NCBI RefSeq assembly: GCF_018977255.1
Contig: NW_024704795.1
Location: forward strand, 62,001 to 126,000
Direction: 5' to 3'
From: Callorhinchus milii
Lineage: Eukaryota
Length of the DNA: 64,000 nucleotides
How positions within the stretch are numbered: position 1 is the first letter of the stretch; every line of letters starts with the position of its first letter. The notes under the pieces are model-generated. The model was not told the origin of the DNA, ran no database searches, and saw nothing but the letters and a program-made list of their open reading frames with translations. This document shows positions 26,791 through 37,725 of the stretch, one piece after another. A program made the position numbers and the translations under genes.

Positions 26791-26806
26791 GGCTCTTTTA
26801 AGAGCC
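26791..26806 (+). terminator. Histone 3' stem-loop of H3 (also at 48402-48417)
   Basis: ACAAA-GGCTCT-TTTA-AGAGCC-ACCAA, followed by the HDE GGAAAGAGC. Confidence 0.93.
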
Positions 26807-26959
26807 ACCAAATAGTCAAACGGAAAGAGCGGCCTCTCCAGCAAACTGTACACTTGACACTCCTCCTCAGCTTAACGCATCTACAGCCCAAACCACTGTT
26901 AAACCGAATGTACAGTAACGGCCGGTGCCGATACAGCGAGATCTGTCTTTCTGTGGAGA

Positions 26960-27125
26960 ACCATCCACATGCGTTCATTGTGGGAGGAAAGCGCGTCGAC
27001 GCTTCGGGTCCACGACCCTGCGTCAGCACGGACCCGAAACGTTGACTCGCTTTCCTTTCTCCATTGATGCTGCCCGACCTGCTGCTGTGCTTTGCTTTCA
27101 GATTTCCGGCACCGCAGTATTTTGC
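26960..27125. mobile_element. Penelope-type foldback repeat with a degenerate hammerhead-like motif (copy at ~48580-48745)
   Basis: Inverted arms around GACCCGAAACGTTGAC...GATGCTGCCCGACCTGCTG...CAGATTTCC...GCAGTATTTTGC, a repeat type I recall from cartilaginous fish. Confidence 0.6.
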
Positions 27126-27379
27126 AGCGGTGTGTGGCTCACATGCATGCGGCATTATTGCAGCGTCTTCGACGCGACGCACAAAGAGGAACTCTGAACT
27201 GCACCCGGACTCCCCAAGTCATCCCAAAGCCCGCAATTATTATATCCGCCCATTCAACTTGATGTGGCGTAAGAGATATGGCTGGTGCGGGCCCTGTCTC
27301 CGCAACTGCCGAGCGAGCTCCCTGCACTGGAGGTCGCTTTGCTGAAACGGCAAACGGCTCTTTCCTGGACCGTGTGGGT

Positions 27380-27395
27380 GGCTCTGAAAAGAGCC
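27380..27395 (-). terminator. Histone 3' stem-loop of H2A (also at 49286-49301)
   Basis: Minus strand reads CCAAA-GGCTCT-TTTC-AGAGCC-ACCCA, followed by the HDE GGAAAGAGCC. Confidence 0.93.
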
Positions 27396-27424
27396 TTTGG
27401 TTGGATAGGAAAACCTCGGATGAG

Positions 27425-28133
<709 letters not shown>

Positions 28134-28538
28134 ATGGCTGGTGAGGGCAAAACCGATGCCAAAGCCGCTAAATCCGAGGGCAAAGGAGCGCCCAAAAAAG
28201 GCAGCAAGAAAGCGATTCGCAAACCGCAGACTGCGGGCAAGAAGCGCAGGAGGTCGAGGAAGGAGAGTTACTCCATCTACGTGTACAAGGTGATGAAGCA
28301 GGTCCACCCGGACACCGGCATCTCCTCCAAGGCCATGAGCATCATGAACTCCTTTGTGAATGACATCTTCGAGCGCATCGCGTCCGAGGCTTNNNNNNNN
28401 NNNNNNNNNNNNNNNNNNNNNNNNNNNNNNNNNNNNNNNNNNNNNNNNNNNNNNNNNNNNNNNNNNNNNNNNNNNNNNNNNNNNNNNNNNNNNNNNNNNN
28501 NNNNNNNNNNNNNNNNNNNNNNNNNNNNNNNNNNNNNN
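28134..28538 (+). CDS. H2B: Histone H2B with an extended, divergent N-tail; 3' part N-masked and end coordinate predicted (unit 1)
   Basis: [26 protein letters not shown]...[45 protein letters not shown], then Ns at 28393-28554; a canonical remaining length would put the stop at ~28538. Confidence 0.9.
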
Positions 28539-28568
28539 NNNNNNNNNNNNNNNNCATCTACACACAAA

Positions 28569-28584
28569 GGCTCTTTTCAGAGCC
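28569..28584 (+). terminator. Histone 3' stem-loop of H2B (also at 50471-50486)
   Basis: ACAAA-GGCTCT-TTTC-AGAGCC-ACAC, followed by the HDE-like ACAGAGCTGT. Confidence 0.93.
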
Positions 28585-29629
28585 ACACACCACTTCTCCG
28601 ACAGAGCTGTAGCAAAAGCGCCTTAAACTTGTGTGTGCACTGACGATATCCAGCGCCTTGGCTCGTCGTCCCGACCTGAAAAGCACTGTACCAGTGTAAT
28701 CTGTAGCTCCACCGGTGCTCATTTCAGCTGCCCTCAGCGCCTAACCCTCTCTTGTCCTTCAATCCCAATGTCCTGAGGATGTCTTAAAGCAATGAGAGTA
28801 GTTGTGCGGGTACAAGATATCCCCATGTTTTATGTCAATTAATTTCGGAGGCTTGTGATTACTGGGGACAAAGGATTTGTTGGGTGGGGAAGAGAGATAT
28901 ATAAGATATTCTACTGAAATTACATCAATCCGTGTAACGAGACAGAGTTGATAATTCACCTGAAGGAGCTTCACATTTACTCTTCTTTGTCTCTGAATTT
29001 GGTGCGGTTTTCAATGGTATGGAAAGGCGGGTGTCTGCAGGCTGCAGAGACACTGGGGCAGGACACACACACACGCACACAGGGGACAAATGGCTGTCAC
29101 TGGCTGGTGGACACAAATGATTGTTTCTTCACATTAATATCTATGGCTTCCAATATTGTCATCTTTTGCTTGCGATCAAATATTCTCTGCTTGCAATATA
29201 ACAAATTTGCAAGTCACTGAAATTCTGTACATATGTGATTACTTGAGGCAGGCGTCACACTGGGAAAACTTTTATTCTTATTCGGTGTTAATTTAATTTA
29301 CAATGTAGTTTTGTTACCAATTCTGGTTGCTTCTGTGAACTGAGCCTGTTTGTATTGAAACAGCCAACGCATAAAGATCCTTAAATGTTTGAGGGTTTCT
29401 CATAGACCAGATGGAGAGGTATTATTTCCATTGGTTACTCAGGCACATGTGCCAGTAATGACTAATTTCAATATTTTCTGAGAATGAATGTTTGAAAATG
29501 AATTTGAGTATAACAAAGTATTTGGTGAGAACTGGTTTTACTGTAACAGAACAACCAGTGCATATTTTCTTCATCTCGATTACAAGCCCATAACGAGGCC
29601 AATGAGATTCCATGTATCGAGGCAACAGG

Positions 29630-30095
29630 CGGCATCTCAGAGCTTAACAATGCTGAAGCCCAAGGCCCGAGCGGGGGGGTAATGTGACTGTAGGCACGGT
29701 TGTAAAGGAAGGTCTTCAGGCCTGACCTGAAGGGGGCGAGGCAAAGGGTTTGAGGTAGGGAGGTTAGAGATGAGGCAGTAGCTGGAGTGGAGGGATGGAT
29801 CCAGGGAAAGTTTTTTCAAGATGAGGGTGATGATGGCTCTTTTTAGGGTGGTGCGAACAGAACCAATGGACAAGGAGAAGTTGATGACATCGTAAAGGAG
29901 AGGGGCCACAAGTTGGAGCTGGGAGACGAGGAGAGAGATGGGGATGGGATTGAGGGAGCAGGTGGTGAGTTTGAGTTTGTGGACAGTCGTGATGAGGGAG
30001 GAGGGAGAGATAGGGTTGAAGGAGTATAGGGGGGGATGTGTGAGGGTTGGGTGAGTCATGAGGGTGAGGTGATGTGGGGGTGCCTGTGGTCGGGG
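29630..30095 (-). mobile_element. L2 LINE ORF2 fragment (copy at ~51170-51590)
   Basis: Translates to TCSLNPIP...INFSLSIGSVRTTLKRAIITLILKKLSLDPS...YCLISNLP. Confidence 0.7.
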
Positions 30096-30105
30096 ATGGA
30101 GAATA

Positions 30106-31400
30106 CAGGCCCAAATTGGTAAGCCTATCCTCGAAACTCATCCCCTTCATCCCTCGTACTGACCTTGTAAATCTGTGCTGCACCCCCTCCAAGGCAAGTA
30201 CATCCTTCCTTAAATAAGGAGACCAAAGCTGGACACGTATTCCAGTTGTGGTCTCCCTGGGGCCCTATACAGTTGCAGCAAGACTTCCCTGCACTTATAC
30301 TCTAATCCTTTCATAATGAATGCTAACTAACTGTTCGTATTCATTATGAAAGAATTGACAATCCACCACTGTTTGTGGGACACTGCTGTGCGCAATTGGT
30401 TGCCACGTTTCGCCCACAAATATACGGTCAATTCACTTTATAGTCTATTCTGTGAAGCGCTTTGAGACGTCTAGAAAACGTGAAAATCGCTATATCAAAT
30501 GCAAGGATTATTATTATTATTACTCTAATCCTTTCATAATGAATGCTAACAAACCGTTTGCCTTCCTAATTGCTTGCTGCACCTACAGACTAACTTTCTG
30601 TGATTGGTGTATAAGGACACCGAAGGCCCTCTGGATGCTAACACATTCCAATCTCTCCCCTTCTAAAAAATAACCTGCTCTATTGTTTTTGCTACCTAGG
30701 TGAATGACTTTGCACTTCCATACATTATCGTTCATCTGCCACCTACCTGCCCAATCCCCTAGCCTATCTGTGTATCGCTGCATTTTTTGATGTCGTCCTC
30801 TGTGTTGACACTTCCTTCTAGTTTTGTGTCATCCGCAAATTTAGATATATTAACTTTGATGTCCTCATCTAGATTGTTGATGTAGATGGTAAATAGCTGA
30901 GGCCTAAGGACTGATCCTTGTGGCACTCCACTGGTCACATCACGCCAATCTGAAAAGGACCGTTTATCCCTACTCTTTGTTTCCTACCCGTTAACCATTC
31001 CCCAATCCACGTTCATATGCTCCCACCAATTCCATGGGGCCTTATCTTTTGGACCAAGCTTTTATGCGGCACCTTATCGAATGCCTTTTGGAAGTCCAAA
31101 TAGACCACATCCACTGATTCACCCCTATCTAGTTTACTGGAAATATCCTCAAAAAACTCAATGAGATTTGTCAAACATGACTTCCCTTTTGTAAAGCCAT
31201 GTTGACTTGGCCTAATTATGTTGTGCTCCCCTAAATATCGCACAACCACATCCATAATCAATGATTCTAAAATTTTTCCGATCACTGATGTGAGACTAAC
31301 TGGCCTTTAGATCCTCATCTTTTCCTCTCCACCTTTTTTAAATAGTGGGTGACATTTGCGATCTTCCAATCCATAGGGACTTTTCCAGAATCCAAGGAAT
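30106..31400 (-). mobile_element. CR1 LINE reverse-transcriptase fragment, degenerate (copy at ~51603-52810)
   Basis: SQHGFTKGKSCLTNLIEFFE, VYLDFQKAFDKVPH, SGVP.GS and FADDTKL motifs, with stops and frameshifts. Confidence 0.88.
30363..30520 (+). mobile_element. SINE 3' fragment inserted in a CR1 LINE with a 30-bp target duplication (copy at ~51860-52005)
   Basis: Flanked by TACTCTAATCCTTTCATAATGAATGCTAAC at 30298 and 30521. Confidence 0.8.
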
Positions 31401-32309
31401 CTCAGTGTCGCAAGACCATTATCTAAATGACATTGTCTTTTTCAATCTCTCCTATCTTTGCAAATAATATTAATGTTTGTTGATATTTGATCGTGTTTTT
31501 ATCAGTGGAATTGATGTTGTGCTGACCATGTCAGTATCTGTTATTGCACTTTGAATGTGTGGAAACATATAACTTGTGTCTCACAGAGTGAGTATGATTG
31601 TTGCCGACGTGTTCGCTGTGTCTGTCTCCAGCAACTGAAAGATAATATGCAAACAGGAATCCTGATTTTCTGTATTGCGTTTATTTTTTGAGTGTAGAGT
31701 ATGTGCACTTAATGTAAGGTGTACAGTTGTCAATACTGTATCACTCAATAGCGTGTTTAATGGGTTTTGATTCGATAAATTTATGTGTCTTTGTTGTGTG
31801 AGTGTACCCACACCAGGGAAATTTTACTATCCTTCTGCCACCTTGTCCTCCGTTCCCTCCCAGTCTCTGGCACCTAAGCCATGACCGACTGCTCTTCCCT
31901 ACCCACAGCCCCCACCACAACCCCGACACCACCCAGCGCTATCTCCCATAGCCCGTGTGCTGATCCTGTCCCACTGATCGCTCGCTCCCGGCCTCTGTGG
32001 GCACGTTTTGGCTGTCATTCCGATCCGAGAAGTCCACGCCTGAAAATGTTCCTGCCCCCACCCCCCACACCTTGCTACTCCCACTCTGTCCTGCTCTCCC
32101 ACTGCCCTGCTCGCTTGTGCATGTGTGTGAGTGTGCATGTGTGTGTGTAGGTGTGTGTGTGTATATGTGCGTGTGTGTGTATGTGCGTGCGTGTGCGTGT
32201 GTATGTATGTATGTGAGTGTATATGTGTTCCCTGATTCTGTCTCCAGCAACTGATATATAATATAATATGCAAATAGGAATCCAGATTTTTATTATTACG
32301 CAAAAATTG

Positions 32310-32585
32310 GCCAAGCCTGTTATATGGAGAACAGGTTTATTATAGAGAAACAAGTCCAGTTATACAGAGCACAGGACTGTTATATGGAAAACAGGTTTAT
32401 TGTAGAGACCAGACCTGTCACACAGAGACCAGACCTGTCACACAGAGACCAGACCTGTCACACAGAGACCAGACCTGTCACACAGAGACCAGACCTGTCA
32501 CACAGAGACCAGACCTGTCACACAGAGACCAGACCTGTCACACAGAGATCAGAGATGTCACACAGAGACCAGGCCTGTTATTGCC
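32310..32585 (-). repeat. Inverted short tract of the 20-bp satellite (unit 2 equivalent at ~53135-53665)
   Basis: Repeats of CACAGAGACCAGACCTGTCA, the reverse complement of a monomer variant. Confidence 0.85.
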
Positions 32586-32639
32586 GCAAATAAAACCAAT
32601 TGCACAATAACAATCTCTTTGGTCAACATTCATGTAAAG

Positions 32640-33790
32640 CGAGTGCCAGCTCATGAATAACTTGATAGCAGACAATGCATCCATCAGAACAGGAGGGACT
32701 GGGATGAAGCTCTAAAGAACACTGCTTGTGTATGTTTGGGAGCAGTAGGAGAAGCTGTTTGAAATGACAGAGGAGCAACTTTGCTGGAATAGGTAAGAGT
32801 GAAACGAGTATTGGACAGAATCTTGAAGGTGGAGCAGAGCTGAGAGAAGGATCTTGTGGATAAATGTGGGAGACAACAAAGAGGGTCTGAGAACAAGGTG
32901 GCAGAAGAGTCCTGGTTGCAGATAGAGGTCAATGGCAATTTGGACCAGGGCAGTCGGTGCTGCGTACTGAATAGCCATTGCAATGGAGAAGCTCAAGCAG
33001 CTTTATAAATGCCTGAAGTTATTTCATGGGGACATTGAACCTGAGTCAAAAGCACCTCACACCCCACACCCCCACCATCCCACTCTGGTTTTATTCTCAG
33101 TGAATCACTTTGATACAGACACAGTGCACAGGTGGGTCTTTCATCAAAAGTGAAATGATGTGAAACAAAGTTGATACTTTCAGACATGAAAGGGGCAATA
33201 TTAAAAGCAAGGTTGTATTTCAATGTGCACTGACTTGAGGGATGCCCTGCTTGGCTTCCTGAGAGGATAAGGAACACACACTGTTAATGCTAGACCAGCC
33301 AGCCGAGCTTGACAACAATATTTGGAGGGAACACCAGTCAGTGGGAACAAGGAATCTCCCATTCAGCTCCAGCAATGACCCACAACAAATCATGGATGTT
33401 ATGAGAAGGATTATTGTCCAGGAAAGCAGGAGTAACTGAGTGCTAATTTCCAATAGTGCTCTGGAATCTCCAAACTCCACCTGAACAGGCAAACAGCATA
33501 GTTCCTCCCCTTTCGATTGGTGATGGTGAATTCCCCCCCACCTTGTAGCAGGACAGATACCCCAGAGCTGTGGCAGCCACGGCCCCAGAACAAACTGAGG
33601 TTCAGTGGGGAGACCACCACTTGGACCAGACCCTGAAACTGCCACGTTGAGGGATTCCACACTGCTGCAGGAACAGGATGTCAGCCTTTACCCTGGACAG
33701 ATACTGCAGGGCTGAAATACAGCCCAATTTGTTGCAAATGCTGAACACATTCAGGGAACTAACTTTAATCAACATCGCTAAGCTTTAGAT
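32640..33790 (-). mobile_element. Tx1/L1-clade LINE endonuclease-region relic (partial copy at ~53710-54620)
   Basis: Minus-strand fragments IKVSSLNV, DILFLQQCGIP and SSGVSVLLQG resemble an APE endonuclease N-terminus. Confidence 0.5.
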
Positions 33791-33899
33791 TTTACACCAG
33801 GATTTCTCCAGGGTTGAAGGAAATGTGCCCAGTGTTTCGCTCTTCCAGGAATCCAAGCCAGGTTCTCTCACTTGCGAGGGGAGTGCTGTGGCCCTGGAT

Positions 33900-34085
33900 T
33901 ACGGTGGACCTGGAAGATGCAATGCAGATTTGTGTGTCATCTGAATTTATGTAGAAGTGTAACCCATAATTCCAGATGACATCCCCAAGAAGGGACCATA
34001 CTTAGGAAAAGAAGGGGGCCAAGGATGGAACCCTGGGGTACACCGCAGGTGAAGGCCCGGAGGTGGGAGGAGAAACCGTTTGCTG
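33900..34085 (-). mobile_element. L2-like RT fragment
   Basis: Degenerate GVPQGSILGPLLF and downstream YxDD-region motifs on the minus strand. Confidence 0.5.
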
Positions 34086-36004
34086 AGATGAAATGGAGGT
34101 AGTTGGCTGAATAGGGCAGAGCTCTTCATGGTTCAAAAAGTAGCCAAATAATACTTTGCTGTTTGGTAACTCGGTGACATGGGGGAGCAAATATTTTTGC
34201 CTTTCAAGGTGAAAGCTCAGCGTTTAAGAGAGGAAACTTGGAGATATTGTTGCAAATTATGATTGTAGACATTTCTATGTTGGAAAAGAGGAACAATATC
34301 CACAATGCAACAAAACAGTCTTTGGGAGATTTTTTAAAAAGATTTTATTTTTATATTGAGATATTCTTCAATCCGACCATTGCTCTAAACTATAGAATCA
34401 TGAAAAATGTAAACTGTTGAAGGAGGCCTTTCACACAACTGTTCTTGTATTAAACACCTCCTTCAATGACTGTTGCAATGAGTTCCATCACATTCTCCAG
34501 CTGCTTCCCCCACAGCCTTTTGTATTACTGTTGCAGATATTTATCAAATGCTCTCTTATTATGAAATTTGAAACCGCCTCAGCCATGGTTTCATATTGGG
34601 CATTCCATGTCCGAACAGATTTCTGTGTTAAATCTCCCATCATTTGTTTCTGTTTTGTGATTCATAGTATGTATGTTTGAATAGTTTTAAGATAGTGGAT
34701 GGCTTTCCACAATTGTCTGACATCTTTCTGACAAAAGTAAAATTATGCTATTTTGTTCAGACAAAATCTACAACCACAGTGATTATTATCATCATTGTTA
34801 TAATAATAATAATCCTTGCATTTGATATAGCACTTTTCATGTCTTCTCAACGTCTCAACGCGCTTCACAGAATATGCTGTAAAGTGAATTAATTGTATAT
34901 TTGTGGGCGAAAAGTGGCAGCCAACTGACCACAGCAGCGTCCCACAAACAGTCATGGATTGAAAATGACCAATTATTGTTTTGTTTTTTGGAGGGATTAT
35001 TATTAGGTGTGTGGAGTAAGGAAACTTGCCCAAGGTTTCTCCCTGCCTGGATTTGAAGCCAGGGGCAAGGCGAGGGCAATAACCACTGAGCTACAGGACT
35101 ACAGTTCATCATAACTTCAAAGTTTATCGACATGTATTAATTCACCTGGAATAAAGGTTTTATTTTCTCAGACTTCACGTCAGTTAAATTATTTGCACAA
35201 ATATTATCTGCCAGTTTCCTCTCTTGCAGGTTTACACCTGAGCTTTCACCCTGAGAGACAGAAATATCTGCTTCCCCTGTGGTCAGCCTCGGTATTGCAG
35301 CCCGGAGACTGGCTTCCTTATCTGATGGTAAGATCTTCCAAACCCTACAAGACAGCAGGGCTGTGGAGGACAGCAGGACAGCAGGTTGTGTTGCTTTGAG
35401 TTATGTAGAGTTAATAGTTAATGCTGTATTACTCAAAGCAACACAAAGGCCTGTGAGGATAAAGCACAATAGTGGAAACTTGTTATCATTGTTGTCTTTT
35501 ACGAAGGCTTATAATAGAAACAATGGACATTACAGTTACCCTCCCACAGAGACACAACGTTACAGGAACAGAGATCTAACATTCTAAAAGAATTCTGCCT
35601 TCTAGAAACCCCTTCTGTGTCTCAACCTTTCCATCCCCCAGGCTGATTGACATAGTTTCTCTCACCTTTCCTCTCCCCACCATCACCGGCTGCTCCCACC
35701 CAGAGCTCTAATGGATGCAACAAACATAATGCTGCAGATTTGGACACATTTTGTCCGTTTTATGTTCCTCGCCATTGGCAAGCGAGCCTTCAGCCACTCT
35801 GCCCCCACCCTCTGCTACTCAGTGCCACAGTCCCTCCACCTTGACCGCTCCCTTGTCTCTTTCAAGACCTGTGCCTTCAATCACGCTCCTTCCCCCTTCC
35901 CTCCACCCTCCTCAGTCCTGATCCCCAGATCATTGATTGTCCAGCACTTCCCAAGCTGAACAGTGCTATACAAATGTAGATCTGTTGTTGTTGTTGTTTA
36001 ACAT

Positions 36005-36720
36005 TTACAATATCAGATTCTGTTGAGGACAATGTTTGCTCTCATGATTTACTACGATCCCTAAATTAATTGTTTCTAACAGTGCAGAAGGGGAGGAGCC
36101 ACTGTTAACCACCATGAAAAAGCAGTGGTCCATCTCACCCAAAGCATTATTTTCATAGTGAACGAAGCCTCGAAGAGAGAGTTTAGCCTCGTTGCAAAAC
36201 ATGGGGTCTATCCAGCAGACTGATAGAGCCGGGGACATGGGACAACCCGCCTGACTCCAGACGTGATGGGAATGCCTGAGTCTCAAGTCCATTCGCTGTG
36301 ACTGCGCTACAGATGTCTCTGTACAGCAATCGGAACCAGTTCAAAATTCCCTCCCCAAAGCCCATTATGGAAACCGCCTCAAACATATGGTTGTGCGATA
36401 ATCTGCCGAAGGCTTTGTCCTGGTATCTCTGAGTAGCGCGAGGCTATCAGGGATCCTTCAGCCTGGAACCGTGCAGGTTTGGTCAGGGTGCATCACCCGC
36501 TCGATTAGTCTTGATCCGCACAGAGATCACATTGGCCACGTAACTCTGCGTTCATCGCCGCTTCAGGAGAGCCCTGGACGAGCTGTCCAGTGCCCCGTCA
36601 GCCCTGGACGATTGTCCACCTGCCTCAATGATGCAGTTGAAATCCCCTCCCAAGATGACAGCCTGGATGTGACCAGTAGCTGTGGGAGCAGCTGAAACAT
36701 ATCCCTGCGCTGGGCTCGGT
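36005..36720 (-). mobile_element. Tx1-like RT fragment inside the unit-2-specific insertion
   Basis: DKAFGRLSHNHMFEAVSIMGFGEGILNWFRLLY...SAVTANG resembles the Tx1 KAFDR...MGFG motif. Confidence 0.6.
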
Positions 36721-36801
36721 TTTTGGGGCTGTAACCACCGAGCTACAGGACTCCACTCTCGGTGAATGTTGTTTGGTAACTAACACAGAGACTAAAACGA
36801 C

Positions 36802-36873
36802 CTCCCTGTCGGCGATTTGAACCCCGGTCTCCCGCGTGACAGGCGGAGATACTAACCACTGGACTAACTCGGA
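36802..36873 (-). tRNA. tRNA-Asp(GTC)-like gene, probably a pseudogene (unit 2)
   Basis: Identical to the copy at 1812-1883; TTTT terminator present. Confidence 0.8.
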
Positions 36874-37074
36874 TTCACACCGACTCAGGTGCCAAGATGC
36901 TGCCATGGACACACGCCAAAGGTCCCAGTACCTGCTGTTTATGTCTATGTTTCTGCTCTCCTGTGACAGACACTCTGCTCACCCCAGAATCATTCGTTAG
37001 GTGCAGCTCGTTTGGGAGGGAATGGGTGGCTCTGAGAAGAGCCTTTGGGGGTTAATATCAGCAGAGGGGAGAAG

Positions 37075-37725
37075 TTACTTCTTTTTGGCTGGTGTTTTCT
37101 TAGCCGCCGGCGCTTTGGGGAAACGTTTGGCGGTTTTGCCGCTTGGTCTCTTTGAGGCTGCGGGCTTCTTTACAGCTTTCTTTACCACCGCTTTCTTTAC
37201 AGGTTTTTTGGCCGATTTGGGCTTCTTACTCACGGCAGCTTTCGGGGTCTTCTTGACAGCGGGAGACTTGGCTTTGTGGACTCTCTTGGGCACAGATGGT
37301 TTCTTGGGTGAACTTGGCTTTTTTGTTGCAAGTTTCTTCCGTGGAGAAGCTTTCTTGGCGGCCGCTGCCTTCTTCCCCCGCGGGGTCGGCTTCTTTGCCG
37401 CGTTGTCCTTGTTGAGTTTGAAGGAGCCGGTGGCGCCGATGCCCGTGGTCTGGATCAGGATACCTCTGTCTGCCAGTCTCTTCAGAGAAGCCCTGACCTG
37501 GTGTTTGTGAGTTTCCGGCTTGTAGCCTTTGGCGTCCAGAGTCTTCTTGATGGCGACCACGGACAAGCCCCTGCGATGCTCAGCGCTCGCCACCATCTGC
37601 TTGATCTCCTCCATCAGGTTGAAGCCGGGTTTCTGCTTCGGGGCAACGCGCTTCTTCTTGGCGGCTTTGGGCGAAGCGGTGGCGGCTGCAGGAGGCTGGA
37701 CGGCGGCGGGAGCAGTTTCAGCCAT
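37075..37725 (-). CDS. H1: Linker histone H1 (unit 2)
   Basis: 216 aa; differs from unit 1 by one residue (LADR vs LTDR). Confidence 0.95.
   Translation of the reverse strand: MAETAPAAVQPPAAATASPKAAKKKRVAPKQKPGFNLMEEIKQMVASAEHRRGLSVVAIKKTLDAKGYKPETHKHQVRASLKRLADRGILIQTTGIGATGSFKLNKDNAAKKPTPRGKKAAAAKKASPRKKLATKKPSSPKKPSVPKRVHKAKSPAVKKTPKAAVSKKPKSAKKPVKKAVVKKAVKKPAASKRPSGKTAKRFPKAPAAKKTPAKKK

Noticed and set aside
31013-31285. Reverse transcriptase ORF as an active element
   Set aside because: Short fragment of a CR1 with stops, frameshifts and a SINE insertion.
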